A DNA stretch of 64,000 nucleotides from Chloroflexota bacterium (GTDB taxonomy: Bacteria; Chloroflexota; UBA11872; UBA12225; JAJDUF01), in NCBI GenBank assembly GCA_965238265.1, contig OZ250185.1, positions 4,217,497 to 4,281,496 on the forward strand, written 5' to 3'. A model generated the notes under the pieces. That model saw nothing but the letters and a program-made list of their open reading frames with translations. It had not been told where the DNA came from and ran no database searches. The position numbers were made by a program, and so were the translations under genes. Positions 29,116 to 39,349 of this stretch are shown here, piece after piece. Numbering within the stretch: the first letter of the stretch is position 1; the number at the start of each line of letters is the position of its first letter.

Positions 29116-29829
29116 CTAATCCACCTCGCGCGCATTCAGCTCGACCGCGGCGCCGTTGATGCCCGCCCCCTCCGCAGAGGCGAGGAAGACCAGCGCGTTG
29201 GCGAACTCCTGAGGGGTGGCAGCCGCGGCAAAGTCGGCTGCACTAAGGTACTGCCGCGCTTCGTCCGTACCGATGCCGCCGGCCACGAGGCAGTTCGCCA
29301 CGATGCCGCGGTGCTTATAGTCGCGGGCAATCCCCTTGGTGAGCGTCACGACGGCAGCTTTCGTCGCGCCGAAGAGCGCGCGCCCCGGCGCCGGGTCCAC
29401 GGCGCTCCCGCCGGCGATGGTCACGATATGCCCGCCACCGGCCGCCAACATCGCCGGGACGACGGCACGCGCCAGGTTGTAGGTGGTGTATAGCCCACCG
29501 AGGATGAGCGCCTCGAAATCGGCCAAGGTGGTCTCGGCAAAGGGTTGTTGCAGAAACGCTGCCTGGGCCAGCGTGGTCATGGCATCTACCCGGCCCCAGC
29601 GATCCAGCGTCGCTGCGACGGTGTGCTCGGCAGCGGCCGGCTCGGCCAGGTCTGCGGTGACGGCATGAACCGCCTCGCCACCGGGAATCGCCGCGAGCGC
29701 CGCGTGGAGACGGTCGGGATCGCGGCCGGTCGCCGTGACCGCGTAACCGGCCGCAAGAAAGGCGCCGATAACCGCCGGGGCAGTGCGAGCGGTGCCGCCG
29801 CCGATCAGCACAGTACGTTGTGAAGACAT
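29116..29829 (-). CDS. Atypical SDR oxidoreductase
   Basis: ADL, GRVD, GHIVTIA, FGATK, INGA; SD GGAGG. Confidence 0.8.
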   Translation of the reverse strand: MSSQRTVLIGGGTARTAPAVIGAFLAAGYAVTATGRDPDRLHAALAAIPGGEAVHAVTADLAEPAAAEHTVAATLDRWGRVDAMTTLAQAAFLQQPFAETTLADFEALILGGLYTTYNLARAVVPAMLAAGGGHIVTIAGGSAVDPAPGRALFGATKAAVVTLTKGIARDYKHRGIVANCLVAGGIGTDEARQYLSAADFAAAATPQEFANALVFLASAEGAGINGAAVELNAREVD

Positions 29830-30065
29830 CCTCCCTCCCTTTATTGCAGCTACCCCCATCATACGGCACGGCATACGGCACCGGAGGGGGTAGGTACGGG
29901 CCGCGCCGTAGGGGCGCAGCATGCTGCGCCCAACCTATCCTGTTCATCCGCTCATCCTGCAAATCCTGATGCGGACAAACTCATCACCCCGGCCCGCTCC
30001 CAGGGGGCGTTTGGATTGCGGCTTCCACCGCAATGATGGTGGCCGGGCTACAGCGTGCTGCGCCC

Positions 30066-30923
30066 CTACGTTGCAGTGGGCGCGGCGCAAGTCGCTTGGC
30101 CGGTGAGGACTTCCGCCCCCACGGCCCCCAAGTCAGTGGGCCAATGGGCACGGGCGCTGCGGCCGTGGCTGGCCAGCAGGAAGTTGCGTTCAACCCACAA
30201 CGACTCCTCCAGGCGCAGCGTCACTGTGAGCCGCCGGCCACGCACCTCGCCGTCCACGGGCCAGTGCGAGGACCGGTCCGCTGACTGGTACCAGCCAATG
30301 AGGTCTTGCTGATCCTGCCAGAGGTGCAGCGTCCAAGCGCCTGGCCCCGGCGTATTGCCGAGCCGGGCGCCGCCGGTCGGCCAATACACGCCCCACTGGC
30401 CAGTCACGTCCCAGGCCAGACAGGAGGCATCGGTCGGTCCTGGCACCGCCGGCGCCGCTGCGGCCGGTGTTTGCGGGCAGAGGGCCTCGCCCCGCGCCCA
30501 GAACTCCCCGCCGTCGGTGCCGGGTGCCGTCCAGCGTCCGCCGATCCGGGTGCCGTCGCTGGCAATGGCCAGCACCAGCTCGCGCGGCGCGTCCGGCGTG
30601 AAGAAGGTCAGCCGGGCAATGCCGGCTGCGACAGTGCCCTCAACGATCACCTCGCGGCCTTCGATTGGCGTCCAGCGCCCGACCAGCAAACTTCCACGTT
30701 GCACGAGGTGGAGCGTGGTATTGACGAGGCTCCTGTTTTTGCCGGCTTCCGTCGTCGCAGCGGCCCAGCGTCCCGTCAATTGCCAGTTAGCGCACCGGCT
30801 CGGCCGCCCGGCCTCCTGCGCTGCAACCGGCCGCGCCTGTCCGTGGGCGAGCAGGACCAGGAGCGCAATAGTAACCCAGGCCGTGTGTCTCACCCCCGTC
30901 GCTACGCGACTCCCCATCTCCAT
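30066..30923 (-). CDS. Secreted hypothetical protein with two repeated beta-rich domains
   Basis: Signal-like helix; CANWQLTGRW and CLAWDVTGQW repeats, each with L.L.Q....L.G and a closing Cys. Confidence 0.6.
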   Translation of the reverse strand: MEMGSRVATGVRHTAWVTIALLVLLAHGQARPVAAQEAGRPSRCANWQLTGRWAAATTEAGKNRSLVNTTLHLVQRGSLLVGRWTPIEGREVIVEGTVAAGIARLTFFTPDAPRELVLAIASDGTRIGGRWTAPGTDGGEFWARGEALCPQTPAAAAPAVPGPTDASCLAWDVTGQWGVYWPTGGARLGNTPGPGAWTLHLWQDQQDLIGWYQSADRSSHWPVDGEVRGRRLTVTLRLEESLWVERNFLLASHGRSARAHWPTDLGAVGAEVLTGQATCAAPTAT

Positions 30924-30990
30924 ATGTGTAGAGAGGGGGCCGGGGGGTGAGGCAGCCCAAAGTCGGCCGTTCATAGCCCGCGACCTCCGG

Positions 30991-31287
30991 CTACTGCGAA
31001 AGCAGGACGATCAGTCCCGCGGCGAGCGGCAGCATAGCAATCACGGTCAGCGCCATCGCGATACGCCGGATAGTGCGCGCCAAGACCGTCCGCTGTCGGC
31101 GCGCGGTGGTCTGGCTCTCGATGAGCGTCCCCATCCGGTCGTGGCTGGTGCCACCGCGCGCCACCGGCGTCAGCGTCGGACGGTTGCGGGCCGTAGCCAA
31201 GCGCGCGGCCAGCGGTGCAGCTAGCACCAGCGCCGCCAACCCCAACGCAAACACGACCGCGCCGATAACGATCAGCCAGATTGCCAT
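30991..31287 (-). CDS. Small two-TM membrane protein
   Basis: Hydrophobic N- and C-terminal helices; SD AGGA. Confidence 0.6.
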   Translation of the reverse strand: MAIWLIVIGAVVFALGLAALVLAAPLAARLATARNRPTLTPVARGGTSHDRMGTLIESQTTARRQRTVLARTIRRIAMALTVIAMLPLAAGLIVLLSQ

Positions 31288-31454
31288 AGAACATCCTGCT
31301 TCCGGCCCCTCCCGTCGTCACTCCGGCGAAAGCCGGAATGACGCCCCCTATGCGCGCCCCGCCCTGCCGGAGGACATGGATTGCGGCTTCCGCCGCAATG
31401 ACGGATGGGTGTTATTTTCGTGCCAATGATGGGTTTGAGGTAACTCACTGCAAG

Positions 31455-32621
31455 CTAGACCTGGGGACCGATGCGGTATAGCGCGAATTCCGTGTGACCA
31501 ATGATCTCGGCACGGGTCAGCTCGCCGCTTGCGACGCGCAGCATCAGCTCGAATAGCTCATGGCCCAGGGTTTCCTTGTCGGCGGTTCCGGCGATCATGC
31601 CAGCGGCAGAGAAGTCCATGTTGTCGGCCATCCGCTCTGCCGTCTGGGGGTTTGCCGTGACCTTGATGACCGGGCCAAGCGCGTTGCCCACCGGTGAGCC
31701 GCGGCCCGTCGTGAAAATGCACACCTGTGCGCCCCCGGCAAGCTCACCGGAGACCGAAATGGGATCGTGGCCCGGCGTGTCCATCACCACCAGGCCCCGG
31801 CGCGTGGGCCGGTCGGCATAGCCGATGACCTCCTCGACGGTGGTCGTCCCGCCCTTGTAGATACAGCCGAGCGATTTCTCCTCGATGGTTGTCAGGCCGC
31901 CGGCGATATTCCCCGGCGTGGGATTGCCGCCGGCCACCGTCGCGCCGACGTGCTGCGCCTCTTTCTCCACGTTGGCCACGATCTCGAACAGCTGCCGAGA
32001 CACCTGCTCGTTGCGGGCGCGCCGCGCCAAGATATGCTCGGCCCCCATCAGCTCCGGTGTCTCCGCCAGGATGGACGTACCGCCCTGTTCGATCAGCAAG
32101 TCCGAGACCTCGCCGACCGTCGGATTCGAGGCCATGCCCGAGGTGGAATCCGACCCGCCGCATTGGGTAGCCAAGATCAGCTCCCCAACGGGTACCGCGC
32201 TCCGCTCGTCGTCCGCCACCTGGCGGAGCAGGTCCTTGGCGATGATGCAGCCGCGGCGGATCGCCTTGATCGAGCCGCCCTCGTCCTGGATCGCAATGGC
32301 CTCGTAACGCTTGCCGGGCGAGCGTTGTGCCGCCAGCGTGCGGACCCGCTCGGCCTCGCCCTGCTCGCCATCCAAACCCACCAGCAGCGCCGCGCCGACG
32401 TTGGGATTGGCGGCGGCGCCGGCCAGCGTCCACTCGGTCAGCCGGGTGTCATCGCCGAGCTGCGCCGCGCCGTGGGGATGGGCGAGCGCAATCACCCCCG
32501 GAACGAGGCGTGCAATGCGCTCGGCAACGGTACTGGCATACCCATTCGCCGGAATGGCGAGCACGTGATTACGGATACCCACCTGCCCGTCGGGGCGCCG
32601 ATAGCCCAGAAACGTCCGCAC
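31455..32621 (-). CDS. UxaA/GarD-family dehydratase large subunit, copy B
   Basis: GYRRPDG.VGIRN, CGGSDSTSG, GGLTTIEEKSLG, FTTGRG. Confidence 0.9.
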   Translation of the reverse strand: MRTFLGYRRPDGQVGIRNHVLAIPANGYASTVAERIARLVPGVIALAHPHGAAQLGDDTRLTEWTLAGAAANPNVGAALLVGLDGEQGEAERVRTLAAQRSPGKRYEAIAIQDEGGSIKAIRRGCIIAKDLLRQVADDERSAVPVGELILATQCGGSDSTSGMASNPTVGEVSDLLIEQGGTSILAETPELMGAEHILARRARNEQVSRQLFEIVANVEKEAQHVGATVAGGNPTPGNIAGGLTTIEEKSLGCIYKGGTTTVEEVIGYADRPTRRGLVVMDTPGHDPISVSGELAGGAQVCIFTTGRGSPVGNALGPVIKVTANPQTAERMADNMDFSAAGMIAGTADKETLGHELFELMLRVASGELTRAEIIGHTEFALYRIGPQV

Positions 32622-32729
32622 CTACCTACGCTCCCTTGTTCTCATTGATCCTCACTCCGGTAGGGGCGTCCCTTGTGGGTGCCCTGGATTCCCGCTTTCG
32701 CGGGAATGACCGGTCAATGTCAACACAAG

Positions 32730-33896
32730 CTACACCTGCGGGCCAATACGGTACAGCGCGAACTCCTCATGCCCGATGATCTCCGCGGCCGTCAGCTCGC
32801 CCTGCGCCACCTGTAGTGTCAAAGCGGTCAGCTCCGCTGCGAGCGCGTCCGGCGTGGCCGTCCCCTCGACGATTCCGGCCAGCGACAAGTCTATATTGTC
32901 ACCCATCCGCGCGGCCGTGCGTGGATTGGCGGTCACATTGATGACCGGGGCGAGCGCGTTGCCGACTGGTGAGCCGCGACCCGTCGTGGCAATACACAGT
33001 TGCGCTCCCCCGGTAACCATCCCGGTCAGCGCCACCGTATCGTGGCTGGGCGTATCCATCACGACCAGCCCCGAGCGAGTGGGCCGGTCGGAGAAGCCCA
33101 CCACTTCCTGTACCTCCGTCGTCCCGCTCTTGCGAATACAGCCCAGCGCCGCCTCGGCGCGCGCCCCGGAGCCGCCGTCTGCGCGCCCCGGTGATGTAGC
33201 CGGGCCGACGATGCTTTCGCCGACGTACTGCGCTTCGGCCTCTAGGCGGGCCACGATCTCGTAGAGCCGCTGGGCCGTCTCCTTGTCGCGGGCGCGGCGG
33301 GCCAGCGTCTGCTCGGCGCCGAAAAACTCCGCGGTCTCACCTAAGAGGACGGTCGCGCCCTGCGCGACGAGCCAGTCCGCAACGATCCCCACGGTCGGGT
33401 TGGCAGCAGTGCCCGAGGTGGCGTCGTAGCCCCCACACTCGGTCCCCACGATCAGCTCACTCAGCGGCGTCGGTTCCGGCTGCTGCGTCGCTACCTCGGC
33501 GACGAGCGCCCTCGTGGTCTCCACGCCGCGCTGGATGGCCTTGATCGAGCCACCGGCTTCCTGGATCGAGAAGCGTTCCAGATGCTTGCCGGGTGTCCGC
33601 TCTTGAGCGAGGTCGAGTACGTCAGTGGACTGGCAGGTTTCGCAGCCCAGGCCCACAATCAGCGCGGCAGCAACGTTCGGGTTGGCGGCAGCGCCGGCCA
33701 AGCTCCACATTGTCATCTGTACGTCGTCGCCAATCTGGGCACAGCCGTGTGGATGCGGCAGCGCCACCGTACCCGGCACGAGCTGCGCGATACGCTGGAC
33801 GACCGTATTCGCGCAGACCACCGCCGGGATGATCGCCACGTGGTTCCGCACCCCCACCGTCCCATCGGGGCGCCGATAACCCGGAAATGTCTCCAC
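32730..33896 (-). CDS. UxaA/GarD-family dehydratase large subunit, copy A
   Basis: GYRRPDG.VGVRN, HPHGC, GLGCE, TTGRG; GTG start with SD. Confidence 0.88.
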   Translation of the reverse strand: METFPGYRRPDGTVGVRNHVAIIPAVVCANTVVQRIAQLVPGTVALPHPHGCAQIGDDVQMTMWSLAGAAANPNVAAALIVGLGCETCQSTDVLDLAQERTPGKHLERFSIQEAGGSIKAIQRGVETTRALVAEVATQQPEPTPLSELIVGTECGGYDATSGTAANPTVGIVADWLVAQGATVLLGETAEFFGAEQTLARRARDKETAQRLYEIVARLEAEAQYVGESIVGPATSPGRADGGSGARAEAALGCIRKSGTTEVQEVVGFSDRPTRSGLVVMDTPSHDTVALTGMVTGGAQLCIATTGRGSPVGNALAPVINVTANPRTAARMGDNIDLSLAGIVEGTATPDALAAELTALTLQVAQGELTAAEIIGHEEFALYRIGPQV

Positions 33897-34002
33897 TGCT
33901 CCCTCTCTTCCGCTCAATGAGGGTAGCACCTAGCCGTCTCCGCTATCAATGAGCATGAGGAATGATGGTCAGATCAAGTAGTGTCATCGTCGGTTGCCGG
34001 CG

Positions 34003-34824
34003 CTAGACGGACGCGACGAAGCAGCCGGCGTCCTTGGGCACGCGGAACACGCCTTCTCGTTCGATAATGGCCTGAATACGCGCTGCCATGATCGGGAGCA
34101 GCTTCTCGCGGTGACTGCCGTCTGCTTCCCGTTCCGTTATCGCATCCACTAGCCCGGAGGCGTAGTAGGCGAGGGCCGCCTCCGCAGTCGGGAAGACGAA
34201 AGCGTTGCGGACGACGTGCCGCTCGGCATCCGCAAACACCCGCTGCACCAGCGGCAGATCGTCGAGCGTGAACCGGCCGGCCGAGTTGCCGGCTGGCGTA
34301 TAGCCCCGCTCGCCGGCCACCTCGGCGTGCAGCGCACGGAAGCGTTGGCCGTGATCCGCCGCATTGGTGGCCATGACGACGCGACCGCCCGGCTTGTGTA
34401 CGCGGCGCAGCTCGCGTAGCGCCTGCTCCTGATGGGGCACGTGGTAGAGCATGTGGTTCGCCATCACGCGATCACAGCTCCCGGCTGCGAAAGGCAGCCC
34501 CTCGGCCTCGGCCTGGCAGGCCACTACCGGCAGCCGATGCTGCTCCGCCTGCGCCAATACCTCTTGCGCCATCCCCGGTGACCGGTCACAGGCGATGACA
34601 CGTGTACGGTGGCGCCCCAATGCTCGGTGGTACACGCCGGAGCCACAGCCGACATCGAGCACCGTCAGCCCCGGCGCCAGGTCGAGCCACTGGAGCACCC
34701 AAGCGTGAAAGTCCAGCGCCTGCTCGCTGTAGCGCTCGTGGCTCGCAATCCGGATTTTCAGCTTCTCGGCGGTACCGTATTGATACCGCAGATATGCCGG
34801 GTCAGTGGCTTTCCTGCTCATCAC
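34003..34824 (-). CDS. Class I SAM-dependent methyltransferase
   Basis: VLDVGCGSG, ANHMLYHV, RRVHKPGG. Confidence 0.88.
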   Translation of the reverse strand: MMSRKATDPAYLRYQYGTAEKLKIRIASHERYSEQALDFHAWVLQWLDLAPGLTVLDVGCGSGVYHRALGRHRTRVIACDRSPGMAQEVLAQAEQHRLPVVACQAEAEGLPFAAGSCDRVMANHMLYHVPHQEQALRELRRVHKPGGRVVMATNAADHGQRFRALHAEVAGERGYTPAGNSAGRFTLDDLPLVQRVFADAERHVVRNAFVFPTAEAALAYYASGLVDAITEREADGSHREKLLPIMAARIQAIIEREGVFRVPKDAGCFVASV

Positions 34825-35003
34825 ACCCTCCGTCGGAGCAGTTGGTCGTGGCCCGCCTCCCTGGCCCGCCTCACCCCCGCCTGCCTCCGGCGGACTCCCT
34901 GGCTCCGGGGGTGAGGCAGGAAAGGGGCGCCCTCCCTAAGCGCCGCTGGGGTCCTGCCCTTGGGGTATTATCCAGGCTATATCGCCGGGGCTGGGGAGGC
35001 GCG

Positions 35004-36140
35004 ATGAAGATTACCCGCTTGCAGACGTACACCTTTTGGCGCGGTACCCGCAACGCGCTGCTGCTGAAGATCGAGACCGATGCGGGTATTCATGGCTGGG
35101 GCGAGGGCAGCATGGAGTGGATGGAGGACGTGGTTGCTGCCGCCATCCACAACTATCGGGAACTGCTGCTCGGCCGCAACCCGCTGGACAACCTCCGCCT
35201 GGTTGACGACCTCGCCCGGCGCTTCCCCTGGAAGGGCGGCCCGATTCTCGGTAGCGCCCTCTCCGCCATTGACATTGCCCTCTGGGATATTGTCGGCAAG
35301 GCGCGTGGGGCGCCGGTGTATGAGCTGCTCGGTGGCGCGCGACGCCGGAAGATGCGGGCTTATGCCAGCTACACCTTCCTCGACGTGGATGAGGCCGTCC
35401 GCCAGGCACGACACTGGACCGCGCAAGGGCTGACGGCGCTGAAGGCCAATCCCGCCGAGCAGCGGCGCTGGCCGTGGGACCGGCGGGCGATTGACGAGAC
35501 GGTGGCGGTGCTCGCGGCGCTGCGGGCCGCCGCCGGGCCGCACGTGGACTTGCTGCTGGACGCCCACGGCAGCCCCACACCGCTCCTGGCCGTGGCGCTG
35601 GCCGCGGCGATTGCCCCTTACCGGCCGCTGTTCCTCGAAGAGCCAACCCAATGGGGCGACATTGGGGCGCTCGTAGAAGTAGCCCAGCAGAGTCCGGTGC
35701 CTATCGCTACCGGCGAGAAGCTGATGGCGCTGACCGAGTTCCGCAATCTCTGCGACGCCCGCGCGGCCGCTATTCTCCAGCCCGATGTGTGTCACGCCTA
35801 CGGGATCACGGGCCTGCGCCGGATCGCCGAATTGGCGGAGCTGTATCAGTTGTGGATTGCGCCACACAATGCCAACGGCCCGGTGGGGACCGCCGCGGCG
35901 CTGCACGTGGACGCCGCCATCCACAACTTCTTGATCCAGGAAGGTGGTGGCAACTACCGCGAGTTTTTCTCGATCTTGCGGGAGCCATATCCCTATGAGG
36001 TGGTGGAGGGGTATTTCCGGCTATCCGGTCAGCCGGGCCTGGGGGTAGAGGTAGACGCCGCGGCGCTGGCCGCGCTGCCGCCACAACGGATGCCCATCCG
36101 CCAATACCGACACGAGGACGGTAGCTGGTCCGGGTGGTAG
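35004..36140 (+). CDS. Mandelate racemase/galactonate dehydratase (DgoD-like) enolase-superfamily enzyme
   Basis: KIETDAGIHGWGE, SAIDIALWDI.GK, DAHG, FLEEP, ATGE, QPD, APHN. Confidence 0.88.
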   Translation: MKITRLQTYTFWRGTRNALLLKIETDAGIHGWGEGSMEWMEDVVAAAIHNYRELLLGRNPLDNLRLVDDLARRFPWKGGPILGSALSAIDIALWDIVGKARGAPVYELLGGARRRKMRAYASYTFLDVDEAVRQARHWTAQGLTALKANPAEQRRWPWDRRAIDETVAVLAALRAAAGPHVDLLLDAHGSPTPLLAVALAAAIAPYRPLFLEEPTQWGDIGALVEVAQQSPVPIATGEKLMALTEFRNLCDARAAAILQPDVCHAYGITGLRRIAELAELYQLWIAPHNANGPVGTAAALHVDAAIHNFLIQEGGGNYREFFSILREPYPYEVVEGYFRLSGQPGLGVEVDAAALAALPPQRMPIRQYRHEDGSWSGW

Positions 36141-36170
36141 GGGGCGGCGCTAGAGAGATGAAGGCAGACA

Positions 36171-36377
36171 ATGGGGCCCAGAGTGCTCCCGCTCACCAGT
36201 GGAATGCGTGCAGACAGTGTGATCTATCTGACAAGTCTCCCTGACCAAGGGCACTTTCTCTATGCTGTAGAGACAGGCAGGGAAGGTCTCTATGTTGGCG
36301 AGACTGCTAACTTTCGTCGGCGGCTTGGCGAACATCTGGACCGTGGTGATCGTGCAGCTAATGCCAATTCTGTGTGA
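36171..36377 (+). pseudogene. GIY-YIG nuclease fragment abutting IS630
   Basis: FLYAV...LYVGETANFRRRLGEH. Confidence 0.55.
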
Positions 36378-37470
36378 TTAGGGCCTATAGTGTATGGAGA
36401 TGTCCTGGGCCGCGTGCTCAATCCAGTCCCAATGGGCCAAGGACCGTACCCGTTCCGGCGCCGTCTCCAACGCCGTCAGGAACTCGTTGACCGCCGCCAC
36501 CTTGTCCTCAAGACCCTCGTACACCTGCCCCTCGATCCAGCGACGGCCTTCTTCGAACACCCGCGCGGCCGGGTTCAACTCCGGGCGGTACGGTGGCAGC
36601 CCTAGCAGTGGCAGACCGACGGTCTCCACCGGGCGCCTCCGGTGCCCGCGCGCTCCATCCCCCCACCGCTTCCACATCGGTCTGCTGCTGCCGTCCCTTC
36701 AGCGCCGCGGCGAGCTGCTCGCCTTGCATGGAATCGATCCGGGTCCAGAGCAGCTTCCCCCTCCGGCCATTCCCCACCAGGAACAGGTACCGCCCCGCAG
36801 AGCCCAACTGCACCCGCTGACACACCGGCACCCCACGCGCGCCCCAGTCCCCGCCGCCCCGCACGCCGCTCATCGGCGAAGCCAACGGGGGGCTGCCCGC
36901 TCACGCCAGCCTGGCTGAACGCGTGGCCAAGCCCCCCTTTTTCTAGGACTGCTGCTGTTGCGGGGCAGCTTGGACCTGCACTGGACGGGGGAACTGCGGA
37001 GCACCCCCCCCAGCCGGTCGAGCAGCCTGTACGTGCCGCCCATCGCGTAGCCCCCCGCGTGCTGCGCGGCTGTCCAGTCCCTGATCTCGGCTGCCGTCCG
37101 AAATCTGCCGGTGGCCACCGCCTTGACCACGGACCGTTGGGCCGCCTCGCTCAGGTACGGCCGGTGGCCGCGGCCGCCCTTCCGGTGCGAGACCACCGCC
37201 CTCAGGCCGCCCTCTCGATCCCAACGCACCCCCTGCTGCACGGTACGATAGTGAACACCCCCCGCCGCTGCCACCGAGGGGAGCCGCCACCCCGACCGCC
37301 ACCGCCACAGCCGGTGAACCCTGCTTCTGGTTGAGATGGCGCGTTCGGCCAGATCGGCCGCCTTCAGCGCCGCCGGCGTATCCTGGGGATGCCCATCCAC
37401 GCTGAACGGTCTGCCGATCATGCTCACCTCCCGCACGCCGCTGCCTGTGGCACAATGGGACAATCGGCCT
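36378..37470 (-). mobile_element. Decayed IS630-family element
   Basis: HTH part (GVHYRTVQQ...GGL), FADE, LPPYRPELNPA.RV; frameshifted. Confidence 0.85.
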
Positions 37471-37505
37471 CAAACACCAGCGAGATGCTTTATGCCCCTA
37501 GCTAA

Positions 37506-39325
37506 CAAAAATGGTATTACTTACTCCAATTGTTGGATGATGTTTCCAAGGGCAGAGTCGCGGCAGGAGATTTACTCAGTGAAGTGATTCGATCCCTCTT
37601 GGTCATACGTGATGAGAGGGACAATCGCATGGCTACTCTCTTGGCAAGCCTGCGGCCGTCCGGTGAGCGACTGCTCTTGTCGGCAGAAGAGATTGTCAGT
37701 CTCATCGAGCAACATCTTCAATGTCGAAATGCCAGCCGGCTTCCTGTGCTGGTTGTCGCGGCTGCGTATCGAGCCGCTGCCAACTGGATAGGGGAGTGCC
37801 CCCCTCACAGGGGTAGGTTTTTTAGAAACAGCACGATGACACGGCGCCCGACCGGGCGGCATGCTGGGAATGCTCACCATTCCAGCACCGTCAGGAGGGA
37901 CGCCAGGTCAGCGCCGCCCAGTGTAGCGCAATGGACCCAGATCGTCGCTACGCACCGGCCGCACTGGAGCCACTCCCAGGCTACCGTCCTCGCCTGGTGG
38001 AGTCTGGGTCTGGTGCTGGCCCGCTCCGGTGGCCTTACTGCCGTCAGCGCCTTCTTGGCCAGCCTGCTGGACCGCAAGGAGCACACCGTGCGTCAGCAAC
38101 TCCGCGAGTGGTGCTACGAAGCAGCGGCCAAACGGGGCGTCCAGCGCCAGGCGCTCGTCGTGGAAGCGTGTTTTGGCCCCTTGCTGCGGTGGGTGTTGCA
38201 TTGGTGGCAGGGGCCACAGTTAGCCGTGGCGCTCGATGCGACCACCTTGGGCGATCGGTTTGTGGTCTTGGCGATCAGCGTGCTCTACCGCGGCGGTACC
38301 ATCCCCGTGGCCTGGACGGTCTTGCCGGCCACGGCCAAAGGGGCCTGGAAAGCCGACTGGCTGCGCTGGCGGCCGCACTGGCAAGCTAGCGTGCCGGCGA
38401 CCATGACGGTCCTCGTCTTGGCCGACCGGGGACGGTACGCCCGCTGGCTGTTTCCGGCGATTGTCCACCTGGGGTGGCACCCCTTGCTGCGGGTCAACGC
38501 CGGGGGGCTGTTTCGCCCCAGCGGCCGGGCGCGCTGGCACGGGCTGCCCACGTTTGCCCCCCCCAGCCTGGCACCCGCTGGGAGGGCACCGGCACGGCGT
38601 TCAAGACCGCCCCCTGGGCTGGTACCTTCCTGGCCTGTTGGGAAGCCGACCAGGGCGAGCCGTGGCTGCTGGTCACCGCCCGCCCGCCCGCGGCCAGCAC
38701 CGCGGCCTGGTCAGCGTGTTTCGGCGGGGCTGGATCACCAGCTTGGTGGCGCTGCTCCGGCAGGCCCCGCTCCCGACCGGCCAGCTGATTCCCGAGCCGT
38801 GGCCGGCCCCGCGGGGCCCGTTGGTCGTTGGAAGACACCATGCGTTCTAAAAAACCTACCCCTGTGAGGGGGCGCCCCCTCCATCTAATGTCGCATACGG
38901 CAGCGGATACTCGGACTGGATCATTAGGGGACGTGGAGATTAGGCTGGTGAACGACGATCAGGTTGTTACCAGCTATGAGATGAAGGACCGGCGTCTCAC
39001 TATTGAAGATATTGACCAAACACTACAGAAGTTGACGGAAATCCCAAATAGTATAGACAACTATATATTCATCACGACCGATGTCATTAACGAAGAGACA
39101 AAAGCATACGCTGATAGTCTGTACGGCCGCACAGGCGGCACTGAGGTTGCCATTCTCGACTGCATCGGGTTTCTGCGACACTTCTTGCATCTCTTTCATC
39201 GCTTACGCCTTGACTTCCTCGACGCATACCAGAAGTTGGTCTTGGACGAGCCGGATAGTGCCGTGAGCCAGCCGCTCAAAGAAGCCTTCCTCGCGCTACG
39301 GCTTGTTGCTGAATCTGATGCGTGA
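37506..39325 (+). pseudogene. SacI-like type II restriction endonuclease, 5'-truncated and split by an IS
   Basis: ASRLPVLVVAAAY...SHTAAD.RTG.LGDVE...YEMK (PD-(D/E)xK); removing 37798-38873 rejoins both halves in frame. Confidence 0.7.
37800..38872 (+). mobile_element. IS4-like element with perfect 28-bp terminal inverted repeats and a decayed transposase
   Basis: CCCCCTCACAGGGGTAGGTTTTTTAGAA at 37800-37827, reverse complement at 38845-38872; ALDATTLGDRF, IPVAW, LADRG. Confidence 0.88.
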
Positions 39326-39349
39326 TCGCCGGGCCCATAGTATATCCAG

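Noticed and set aside
34602-35003. N-terminal extension of the DgoD-like ORF (similar extensions at 19931-21442, 26098-28020, 27850, 29922, 60411)
   Set aside because: Extensions overlap opposite-strand genes or REP hairpins; family similarity and SD/-10 signals begin downstream
36171-36377. GIY-YIG fragment as mobiliser of the GGATTCCCGC REP family
   Set aside because: No such REP flanks it and it is truncated; nothing in the sequence links them
37530-38867. 445-aa ORF as a real nuclease-transposase fusion
   Set aside because: Chance read-through from the interrupted endonuclease across the IS inverted repeat into a decayed transposase
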